From positions 203 through 64,202 of IMG/VR virus record IMGVR_UViG_2872534562_000004: a DNA stretch of 64,000 nt; one strand, 5' to 3'. This document shows, one piece after another, positions 46,140-57,400 of this stretch. Source of the DNA: a virus. Position numbers and translations under genes: made by a program. Below the pieces are notes generated by a model. The model did not search any database. It was not told the origin of the DNA and worked only from the letters and a program-made list of their open reading frames with translations. Numbering within the stretch: position 1 is the stretch's first letter; every line of letters starts with the position of its first letter.

Positions 46140-46288
46140 AAGTACTTTTCTCCGGTTGTGCGCCCGGAATATATAGCTTTTGGTTCATTGGCGGAAAGTG
46201 GATACGCCATAGCCCCCTGTAGGGTTCGTCCAAAAATGAGACGAGCAGCAAGATTGAATCTGTATCCAAGCCGTTTTAGAGGCATCCC

Positions 46289-48451
46289 ATGTACGGATTC
46301 AAGAAGGGCGCCAAGCCCAAGCAACGATTTGCAGATGGTGGGCGGGTGCGTGGTCCAGGCACTGGCACCTCCGACGACATCGACACCGAGGTGCCCGCGG
46401 GCAGCTACATCATGCCGGCCGATTCGACCGAGCAGATTGGGGAAGCGGCGTTGCAGGGTATGGGAGCGCCGGTCCCGGTCAGCCTGAGCAACGGCGAGTA
46501 CCAGATGCCTCCCGAGCAGGTTCATGCCGTTGGCGTGCAGGCGCTGGACGCTGTGAAGAATGCCACTCATGTGCCGGTAGCCCAGCAGGCAAAAGGGTTC
46601 TCTCCGCGTAAAAGGGGAGAGAATGGCGCCGAGAAGCCGGAATTGTTCTTCGCCGACGGCGGGGTTGTCGATGAAGAGCGCAAAAAGCAGACCCGTTTCG
46701 ACATCACCAACACGCCCGCCGCCCAGCGTGCCGCTGGCGTTGTGCCGGAGGCATCGTCTCCCGTAGCTACCAGCGGCTACAGTGCAGACCCCACCATGGC
46801 AAAGGCGCAGGCCAATATCGATGCTGAACGGCAAGCGATGGCTGTGCATCGCCAGCGCACTGCGGATGCCGCGAATCTCCAGCCGGGAGTGGCACCAGGC
46901 TACAGCGACAACCTCTATACCGCCAACGCCCAGGCACGTTCGGATGCAGCCCGGCAACAACAGGCTGTGGCGCAATCTGGCGCGCTGCCAGATGCGCCGT
47001 CGGCGCAAGGCTTCTCGCCCTCGCGACAAGGTAATGACCCGGCCAGAGCTGCAAGGATGCAGGCTCAGTTTGATCGACCGGTGACGGGCCCTGATCGATC
47101 TAAAGCGGCTGGTTTCACTCCGCAGTACCGTACCGAGGGGCCAGGCTGGCGAACCGACTCGGTTCTCCGCGGGACGGGTGACGACGTAGCGCAGCAGTGG
47201 GCATCGGGTGAGTATGCCCGCGGCTTCGGGACTGGCGTGCGTGGGGCGCTTGCGGCGGTTCCCGCAGCATTCGCTGATGCTGGAGAGGATGTCGGTCGAT
47301 TGGCGGAACCGGTGGTCAACTTCGGTAAAGGGCTATTCGGATGGAATGACACTCCGCCGGCGCTTCGTGGTCAGCAAGCGGCCCAGGGTGCAGCGGCGCC
47401 AAGTTCCAGTGCTGCGTCCGGGCGAGGCCAGGTGTTGCCGGCTGCTGGTGCGCCAACCGGAGCGCTGGAGTCGGCGGCGAATACTGGAGCCGCTATGCCA
47501 AGCGCCGGTGGCTCGGACCTGCCCAACAACGTGACGCGGGTGGGCAACAGCTTCTCTGGCACAACAATCCGCCCGGGCTACACCGTTAATGGGGAAGCTC
47601 AAGCTGCCGGGTTCACCCCAGGTGGTCAGCGGAGTGCTCAAAACCAGCGCGCAGTGGAGAACTTGCTGGCCCGAACGCCTGATGTGGGCAGGGGTTTCAG
47701 TCCGAATTCTGTCCCTCAGATGCCGCCGATGACCTCGGAGGCGTTGGCTCAGTACAACGCCGGTAACTCCGGCGCGCCTCGAGTAACCGTGGTTCCCGAT
47801 AGCTCTCGGGCCGATAGCGTTCGCCAGGCCGCCTTGAATGCAGCCTCAACACCTTATCGCGGTTCGCCGAACGGGCAGTTAACTGCTCGCCAGATCGACA
47901 ACCTGTTCGGGCTCCAGCAGAGCGATGACCGCAATGCTACGTCCTTGGCGAGCACTCGGGCGAATAACGACACGGCCTTGGCGCGAGAGCAGGTGCAGCA
48001 GCAGGGCGCCAATCAGCGCGCGGCTCTACAAGAAATGGGGCAGGGCGCGCGCTTCCTCGCCTCCAACGAACTCAATCGCCAACGCCTGGCTGGTGAGCAA
48101 GAGGCCAGGGGTTTCCAAACCCGCGCCGCCCAGCGCATCGAGAAGCTGTACGAGCAGTACGACAAGGCTGCTCCCGAAGACCGCGCCGCGATCGCCGAAC
48201 AGATTCGTGTGCTTGCCGGTAAGGACGCTCCGAATCGCTTCACCGTGGTACCTGGCGGCCAGGAGTACGACCCGCAGTCTATGCAACTTCTGACGCGCCC
48301 TGCACGAGTACTCAACAACCAGACCGGCCAATTTATCGACCAGCAAACGCAGTCGGCGCAACCCGTCGCTCCGCGAACTGGTGAGGTGCGAAGTGGATAC
48401 CGGTTCAAGGGAGGGAACCCTGCCGACCAGAATAATTGGGAGAAGGTGTAA
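46289..48451 (+). CDS. Internal virion/DNA ejection protein
   Basis: FADGG.V.GPGTGTSD...LSNGEY motif; C-terminal GYRFKGGNPADQNNWEKV. Confidence 0.8.
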   Translation: MYGFKKGAKPKQRFADGGRVRGPGTGTSDDIDTEVPAGSYIMPADSTEQIGEAALQGMGAPVPVSLSNGEYQMPPEQVHAVGVQALDAVKNATHVPVAQQAKGFSPRKRGENGAEKPELFFADGGVVDEERKKQTRFDITNTPAAQRAAGVVPEASSPVATSGYSADPTMAKAQANIDAERQAMAVHRQRTADAANLQPGVAPGYSDNLYTANAQARSDAARQQQAVAQSGALPDAPSAQGFSPSRQGNDPARAARMQAQFDRPVTGPDRSKAAGFTPQYRTEGPGWRTDSVLRGTGDDVAQQWASGEYARGFGTGVRGALAAVPAAFADAGEDVGRLAEPVVNFGKGLFGWNDTPPALRGQQAAQGAAAPSSSAASGRGQVLPAAGAPTGALESAANTGAAMPSAGGSDLPNNVTRVGNSFSGTTIRPGYTVNGEAQAAGFTPGGQRSAQNQRAVENLLARTPDVGRGFSPNSVPQMPPMTSEALAQYNAGNSGAPRVTVVPDSSRADSVRQAALNAASTPYRGSPNGQLTARQIDNLFGLQQSDDRNATSLASTRANNDTALAREQVQQQGANQRAALQEMGQGARFLASNELNRQRLAGEQEARGFQTRAAQRIEKLYEQYDKAAPEDRAAIAEQIRVLAGKDAPNRFTVVPGGQEYDPQSMQLLTRPARVLNNQTGQFIDQQTQSAQPVAPRTGEVRSGYRFKGGNPADQNNWEKV

Positions 48452-51400
48452 TGGCCGATACCAGCAAGCCATGGGAAGAGTTCGCGTCTCAACAGCCAGT
48501 AACTGGTGGCGAGAAGCCGTGGGAGGAGTTCGGTGGCGAGACGAAGGAGGAGGGAAGAGGCCTGATCGGGCATGCGCGCGACCTTGGCCTATCCGTGGCC
48601 AAGGGGGTGATTGGGGTTCCGGAAGCGGCTGTTGGCCTCGCTGATATCCCAACAGAGGGCCGCGTAGGTAAGTTCCTCGAGAACCAGGACGGCATGCTCG
48701 GCTTCCGGCCCCGGGAGGCGAAGGATTTCCTGAGTGATCTGCACACCGATCAGTACAAACAGCAACAGCAGGACTTTCAGGATGCTGATGGCGTCGTAGA
48801 CAAGACGCTGCATGCTGTACAGAACCCGTCGATGGTCGTGAACACCGTAGCGGAGTCTTTGCCTTCCATGTTGGCGGGGGGCGCGGTCGGTCGTGGCGTT
48901 CGGGCGCTGGCTCCAGCGTTGGCACCTGTGGCAGCCGGCGCGGCTGGCGAAGGGGCGGTTATGGCTGGTCAGCAAGCAGAGCAGATCCGCCAAGAAACTG
49001 ATGACGGCTTGCTCACTCCGGCGCAGTCGGGAGCTGCGGTGGCCACTGGTGTGTTGGGAAGTCTGTTTTCCCTTGCCGGCGGTAGCTTGGCCAAGAAACT
49101 GGGTATCGGTGATGCGGATACCCTCCTCGCTGGTGGTGCCAACCCAGGACAACTGGTCAGCGAGCTGGCGTCCATGCCGGCGAAGAGCATTCCGCGGAAG
49201 GTGATAGAGGGCGCAATCTCCGAGGGCTTCCTTGAGGAACTGCCACAGTCCGCATCTGAGCAGGTTCTGCAAAACCTGGCGCTGGGACGGGACTGGGCCA
49301 GCGGCCTGGATGAAGCGATGGTAATGGGAACGCTGGCCGGGATGGCCATGGGTGGGCCGGCGGCGGTTCTGCATGGCGGTCAGCCGGCAGCGTCCCGTGG
49401 CCTGGCGGATGCGGACGCTACCTTCGAGAGTACCCCGGGCCTTGAGGGGCAGACTGAGACGACTGCGCCACTGGCACTCCCAGCTCCAGTGTATGAGGCT
49501 GGTTCTGACGGCCAGGTCCGGACCACGGTCGACCAGAACTCCGCTACCCAGGCACAGCGTCAGCAAGAGGCTGAACGTCTGGACCGAATCCGTCGAGGTG
49601 AAGTCACCGATGTGACTCCGGTCCCGGCGGCCCCAAAGCGCTCCGAGCAGATGGGTCTGGACCCGGCTGCTGGGCCACTGTCTGGTGCTGCTGCGCAGGC
49701 CGTGGACAGTGGCGCAACTGACCAGATGGTGCAACAAGCCGCGCTCCAGCAGGCAGCCGAGGAGGCGCAGAAGAGCGGCAGGAAAGGTGATCAGGTCAAC
49801 CCGGAAACCGGTGAGATTACAGCGGAGCAGGGTGATCTGCTGGCATCCGATCCTGTCACCGATCTGCAGGGCCGCCTGGAATTTGTACGCCGGCAAGCCC
49901 GTGCCACCGGATGGGACGCGAAGAAAATCGCCGAGCGCGATCGCTTGCAGGAAGAACTGGACAAGCTCGCGCCACCGCCGGATGCCGGCTACATGCAGCG
50001 CGTCGGTGAGCGCGTGAAGCGTATCGAGGCCGCGCAGAGCCCCGATGAAATTGCCGCGATCCTCGCCGAGGATCAGCAGGATGAGCAGCGCCACCAGAAC
50101 GCCGCTGGCCGGGTGGAGCTAGCCGCCCGTGCTCGCGGCTTCGCCCTGGACCAGGCGGCGCAGCAGCAAGCCCCGACGCCAATCGGTGTGCAGGACGACA
50201 TCCAGCAGGCCCAAGGCAAGGCTGACACGCAGCAGGCGCAAGCCGCACAACCGGTTGCATCGCCGGCGCCGGCAGCGGAATCCGTACCGGCCGCGTCTGC
50301 GCCTGCGATAGAGGCCGCGAAGCCGTCCAACCTGAAAGACGCCATCGCCAAGGTGCGCCAGGACAAGGCGCAAGCGCCGAAGGCCGAGCCGGTCCAGCAG
50401 ACCGCCGCACCCGCCGCCGATCAAGCACGCTACGCCGACCTGGCGCAGCAGTTCAATGCCATGGTTCCGCAGTTGAAGGCGGCGCGCGAGGGCGGCAACA
50501 CTTCCGAAGTGGAGCGCTTGACCAATGCCATGCGCCCGCTGGACACCGAAATGCGCCAGCTCCAGGCGCGCGAAACCAAGCGCACCTTGGATCTTGGCCA
50601 GCAGGCATCCAAGGCGAAGCTCGAGCAGGAACTGTCCGGCGAGGCCATCGGCACCCGCCGCCGCCCGAGTGAGCACGCGCCGGAGAAGGGCCTGTACTGG
50701 GAAAAGACCGGCACCAATGAATGGACCGGGCGCGGTGCGTGGTTCCAGAAGGGCAAGACCCGCACCGACGCGGACATGGCGCAGTTCGGCGGCACGCTGG
50801 TGATGCCGTCCGAGCAGGCCGCGCAGAAGGCCCCGAGCATCGAAGGCAAGGACATCGGCGAAGGCTGGGCGGAGTTCAGCAAGGAATCGGGCACCGCGGG
50901 TATCCCTCGCGCCGACATGCCGCAGATCAAGGCCGAGCACCGCGGCGCGATGGTGAACTTCCTGAGCGCTCGTGGCGTGCAGCATCAGGAAGAGACAGTT
51001 CCCGCAGATACCCTCAAACCGACGCAGGCGGAGTTCAGCCGGGATAAGGTGGCGAAGGCCAAGGGCTTCGAAGGTGGCAACCGCTCCATTCTGGTGTCGC
51101 GTGACGGCCATGTGCTGGACGGCCATCACCAGTGGATGGCGGCCCGCGACAACGGCGAAGAGGTGAAGGTGATCCGCCTGGATGCCCCCATCCGCGACCT
51201 GGTGAAACTGGCCCACGAATTTCCCAGTTCCACCACCGATGCCAGCAGCGGGCAGGGCGCCACGGTTGAAGCGAAGCAGGTGAGGCCCAAGCCTGAGCCA
51301 GCAGCTCCTGATGTGCCTAAGAAGAAGCCGCGCGGCGTGCTGGCAAAGAGGTTACAGGCCGAGGCCCAGGCCCGCGCCGAATACTTCACCCCCGGCAACG

Positions 51401-54400
51401 TGGTGCGAGGTTACGGCGCCAACTACGACAGGGTTATCAGCTACAACCCGACCGAATCGGGAAGCTGGACCGTCACGGTGCGCAGTGTACGCAAGGAAGG
51501 CGACACCTGGGTGGATGTCCCGGGCGAGAGCGAGCGCACTCACATGACGGCGCCGGATGCGCGCGACATGAAGCGCGGCCCGGCCGGCCGTATCGCAACA
51601 CAGGGGGCGCCAACCGCCGATGAGTTCCCCTTGAAGGAAGCCGCAGCCAGCTACTCCGGTATCTCGAACAGCAGCAGCCAGCGAGCGAAGTCCGATGCGG
51701 ATGAGTTCCAGACCTACATCGACGTGGCCCGCGACGCGGGCGCTGTCGTGGCACGCACCGATGCTCAGCAGGCGGCCGTGGAGCAAGCCACACGAGAATT
51801 GCGGGCCGATTACCTGGCCCAGTACCGGCGCCTGATGAACGTGCGCGCCGGCACCTACAGCGGCTATGTTGTCGGGCGTTCTGGACTGAACAGCAAGCAG
51901 GCGGACAGGCGCAACAGCGCCTACGACCGCGCCATCGACACATTCGTGGCCTGGCAGAAGTCCAATCAGGATCGCGTGCGCCAGGCGGCACTGGACGCCC
52001 GTACCGACGAGGAAAAGGCGGCAGATCGCCAGGCCGCCGAGCAGGCCCGTGCCGACAAGGCGCAGCGCAAGGAAGACGGGGACCGCAGCCTGATGCGCAG
52101 GATTCTGTCCTGGAAGAAGGGCAGCGAGCCGGTGGCGATCACCAAGACCGCGCACCTTGCCGGGGTGAACTTCGGCAAGGATGGCTACCCGACCAGCATT
52201 AAGTTGACGCCGACCGATGGCAGCGTGCTGACGAGCGACAAGTTCGACCTAGCGACGCTGTTCCGTGAGCGCGGCATGAGCGTGCCGGAGTCGAAACGCC
52301 GCGTGCGTGAACTGGTCGATTTCGTGCGTGCCGAGGATGCAGCCCGGCCCCAGTCCGAACCGGCAGAGGCACCCAAGCCCGATCCCGCGCAGCCCAGCGA
52401 TTCGAAAACCCCGACGCTCGATGAGCATGTAGCCCTCATGCAGCGCGCGCGCAGTGGGGAGGCGACCGCCGACGAGTTCCGCCAGGCATTCGAGCGTACG
52501 CAGAACGCCCGCGACGCCCTGGTGGCCGAGCTGGGCACTATGAAGAAGGATGAACTGCTGAAGTCAGGCGGCTACAGCTTCTTCCACCGCTACCGCAACG
52601 AGAAGAAGGCAGCGATTGTCGATGCCCTGGCCGGTCGCGTGTTGGAGGAATTTGCGCTGGGCCGCAGCTACGGCCCGAGCAGCTACGTGATGTCGGCTGC
52701 TGGCCTCGAAGCGCACCGCCAGGCCAAGGCCAGCGCGCTGGCCGAGCTGGTGGCGAACACCACCGACGACGACATCAAGGCGCACGCCGCCGAGGTCGCC
52801 GAGGCGCAGCAGGAAATCCAGGCCCGCCGGGCAGCGCAGCAGAAGGCTGTCGCCAACCCGCAGACCCTCGCCGAGTTCCGCCAGGCAGTGAGCTACAACA
52901 TGGAGACGCACGGGGAGTCCCTGCGGGAGGCGTTCATGCGCCTGACGCCGGAACAGCGTATTCGCTACGACGAACTGGAGGCTGAGAGCACCAAGGCCCT
53001 GCGTGAGCAGGCCAAGGCACAGGCCAAGACCCGCGTAGCCAGCGCCGGGCAGACTACGGCCGGCGACATCATCGAGACGAAGCACACCAAGCACGGGCAT
53101 GACCTGTTCGTGGTCCAACTGGCCGAGCGCGTCAGCCGTGAGGACTACGACACCCTGAACAATTCGGCGAAGCGGCTGGGCGGCAGCTACAGCAGTTATC
53201 GTGGGAATGGCGCCGTCCCCGGCTTCCAGTTCCGCACCCGCGAGGCGGCCGAAGCATTCCGTAAGCTGGTGACAGGCGACACCGCCGACGCGCAGGCCGT
53301 TGCAGAAGCGCGCCGCGACGCCTTCGAGGATGACCGCAGTCAGGGCGCCGCCGAGCGACTGCGCACCATGGCTCAGGCCCTCAACGAGCGGGCCGATGAA
53401 GCGCTGAATCGCGAGCGCAAGCAGAACACCGAGCGCCGTGCGCGGATGGCCGCCCGCGCTGAGGCCTCTGCGCGGTCCGACAAGGCACTGGCCGCCACCA
53501 TGAACAACCTGGCCGATGCCATCGAGGGCGGCAAGGCCAAGTTCCTGGACACCGTGCGGCAGAAAGTGCAAGTGGAGTTCCTGGCGCGGGAACTGCGCAA
53601 TGCGAAGGACGCGCAGATTCGTGCGAAGTACCCGACTTACGGCGAGCAGGAGAAACACCGCGGCGAGCCGGTGGACGCCGAGACGGTGGACTACTCCACC
53701 TTCCCCAGCTACACCGCCATGCGCTCCGACCTAGCGAGCCTGGCGCGCCAGATGGCGGATGTGGACGGCCTGAAGAAATTGGCCGCGCGCCTGGAGAAGG
53801 TCGCCGACGATGTGACCGAGGCCTACACGGACTGGGCCAAGCAGAATCTTCTGTCCGTCAGCCGCTTCACCCGCGGTGACCAGTTCGCCGACTTCAAGAG
53901 TCGCGAGGATGCCGAGCGTGCCATTCGCCGCTCCGGCCTCACCGGCAAGGCCATCGTGCTTCCGGTGAAACGCGGGCAGAACCGCATCGTCATGGCCCCC
54001 AGCGAAGCCATGAAGCTGGGCCTCTGGCAGGGCGACGGCGACAAGCGCATAACGCTGTCCGGCGAGTTCGGCGGCGAACTGGTGCAGGCCCTCGGCCGGC
54101 GCAGTGGCAGCAAGATCACCGTTCCGTGGGCGCTGGAGAGCGCGCACGAAAAGCGCAAGCGCCTGGAGAGCATGGGCATCCTCACCGGCAGCGAGTACCG
54201 CTCTGCACTGCGCGAGTTCGTAGCGCTGCGCGAGGCGCCCGCCGAGCCCGACAAGATCAGGGAAATGGAACGGTCCATGATCGGCCGTCGAAATGACGGA
54301 CTGGACTTCTTCCCGACTTCGGCCGCCGTCACCGAGGAAGCCGTCGACGCCGCCGACATCCAGGAAGGCATGGACGTGCTGGAGCCTTCCGCCGGCATGG

Positions 54401-57400
54401 GCCATATGGCCGACGCGATCCGCGAGCAGACCGGCGTAGAGCCCGATGTGGTGGAGCTTTCCAGCGAACGCCGCGAGTTGCTGGAGGCCAAGGGCTACAA
54501 CCTGGTCGGCTCCGACTTCATGGAGGTGTCCGGCAAGCAGTACGACCGTATCGTGATGAACCCGCCGTTCTCCAAGGGGCGCGACATCCAGCACGTACAG
54601 CACGCCTACAGCCTGCTGAAGCCCGGCGGCCGCCTGGTTGCCATCATGGGCGAAGGCGCCTTCTTCCAGAGCAACAAGGCCGCCGAGAACTTCCGGGCCT
54701 GGCTGGACGGCCTGGGTGCCACCAGTGAACGGCTGCCGGAAGGTTCGTTTATGGACCCGGCGCTACCCGTCAATACCGGCGTGAACGCGCGCATGGTGGT
54801 GATTGACAAGCCGGCAGCCGAAGAGTCGGCAGCGCCGCAGCCCGGCGAACAACCGCCCGTGCAGTACTCGTTCGCCGGCCGCAATGCCGTCGGCGCCAAC
54901 CTGCATGCCCTGAGCACCGCACAGCAGCGCATCGCCATTGGCGAAAACGCCGAGGCCGTTCGCCGAGATACCGGTTGGCACCGTAGCGCTGATGGCAAGT
55001 GGCGCTTCGAAATCAGCGATCATCAGGCCAGCATCGCCGTGGCCGGTGAGACTGCTGGCGCCATCATCAATATGGCCCACCTCAATGCCATCAACGACGA
55101 GCGCAGTCGACCGACCGTCGGCGATGTGCTCAACCATCCTCAACTGTTCGCTGCATATCCTGACCTGCAGCGTATCCCGGTGGCAGTGATGCCAGAGGGC
55201 ATCACTGCGCTGGCTCGCCTACGTCGGTTCGCCACGGGTAACCAAGTTGAGGTTCAGGCGAACATGCCGCGCACCGAGGTTGCCTCGGCGATCCTGCACG
55301 AACTCCAGCATGCGATACAGATCCGGGAAGGTTTCGCCATGGGTGGCTCGGCCAGGGCTTTCGTCAGCAACTTCGACAAGACTGGTGCGGCGACCTATCG
55401 TCGTTTGGCTGGAGAGGTGGAGGCGCGCAACACGCAGGCTCGGCTGAAAATGACGCCGCGCCTGCGCCGGGACATCGCACCCGATGAGTCGGCGGACATC
55501 CCTGCAAGTCAGGTGCTGGTGTCGTTCAATGGCCGCGACATCGAGAATGGCCCGTTGCCGCAGAACCTGACGGGGCGTCCGCCGATGACCTCGCAAAGCC
55601 TGGTTCGTGCTTTCGACCTGCAGTTCCCAGCCCTGGGCCAGGCTGTGCGCAAGATGCTGAAGCGCGGCAAGGAAGGACAACGGGGCGGCTTGGTGGTGAT
55701 CGACAGCGCCGACCCGTTGCGCATCGCGCACACCTACGCGCGGAAATCCGGTACCGCACTGAGCGATGCCGTTCAACTGTTTGAGGATGGCGGGCGCATC
55801 AATGGCTTCTACGATGCCAGATCAGGTCTAACTTTTCTGGTCGGCCCGAACCTGAATCCGGTAACCGCACCGGCCGTGGTGCTTCACGAAATGGTTCACG
55901 GCCAGCAGCGGCAGAATCTCGACCAGGCTGCCCACGCCATGCTGATGAATCGCGGCAACGTGCGGAGCGCCGAACTGCGCACCTTCCTGGACCGTGTGGC
56001 CAGCCGCATGATCGAGGCCGGCGAGAGCCGCAACATGAAGGAGGCCGCTCCGTATATCGTGGAGCAGGCTGTTATTGAAGGGCGAGAGCAGGGGTTCGCC
56101 GAGGCTGATAGCCGGTTCCTGTCCTGGGTAGACAGTGCGCTGGGCAAGCAGGTGGGTGACTTCCTGCGTAGGTTCCTGGCCAACATCCGTCAGTGGATGC
56201 TGCGCCACGGTCTGCCGGTTGGCCGTATCAGCGTGGACGATCTGGTGCGATATGCGATGGCTGGCGTGGAAAGCGCCGCCGAAGGCCGGGTAAGGGGCGA
56301 CGGCCTAGCCATGAGCCAGGACGACATGCGAAAGGCGCGCGTGCTGCAAGGCCCGCCGGTGGCCATCCTGGAGGGAAATGAAGCACCACAGGGCTTCGCT
56401 GCGGTTCGCGAGTGGGCGGCGAAGCTATTCGAGTCTCAAGGTGGCAAGGCAGTGAACCCGGACCTGGGCGACGTGGTGCTGGATATGCGCGCTGTGCGCG
56501 ACTCGATGGCGCATGGCAAGGCCAACCCATACAAGTTCTCGGCGTTCGCGGCCGTCAAGGACGTGCTGGAGCGAGGTGTGGTGGTTCACCGCGCGGACTA
56601 TGAGAAGGGGGAGAGTTTCTACGTGTCGGCGCCGGTGGTGATCGACGATAAGGATGACATCGTGACTGTGTTGGTGCGCCGCGATCCGAACATGCAGCGC
56701 ATGTATCTGCATTCGGTGGCCACAAAAGAATATCTCCTGAACCGTCGAGTATCCGGTGCTGATGCCATGATGGCAGCGCAGCCTTCCGGCTCGTCCAGTT
56801 CAGGAGACGTAGCCAGTGTACTCCAGCGGCTGCTGACCGCAAGCCTGAATGAACCCGAAGGTCCGCAGTTCAGTCGCTCCGGTCTGCGCGAACTCACCAG
56901 CAAGGCTACCGCCGAACTGAACAAGACCTTCAGCGCTCCGGGAGGCCTGTCCTGGTGGCACAAGACCATCGGCACCATGTACAACCTCGCAGAGCGTTCC
57001 CCGGCATTCAAGCCGGTCTTCGAGTCGGCGCAAGGATTTATCGATGACGTGAGCTATTACGCCAGCGATGCGGCTGATCTGGCGCCGAAACTGCTGCCGA
57101 AGCTGGAAACCTGGCGCGACATTGCAAAGTCCCCGGTGGGCGCTGAGGACAACAAGGCGGTGGCCAAGCCGGTATTCGAGGGCACGCTGATGTGGGCGCG
57201 CGACGTGGACGGCAAGCCGGTGCGCGTCGATTCGCTGGCTGAGCGCGCCATGCGTCTGACGGCCGACGAGAAGGCGGACATCCTGCTGAAGCAGGGCAAG
57301 ATTCCCGAGGGACTGCTGCGCGCCTGGCGCGGCCTGAGCCCCGAGCAGTTCGCCAAGATGATCGACAGCCGCTACGAGGCGCAGATGCTCAAGGCAGGCA

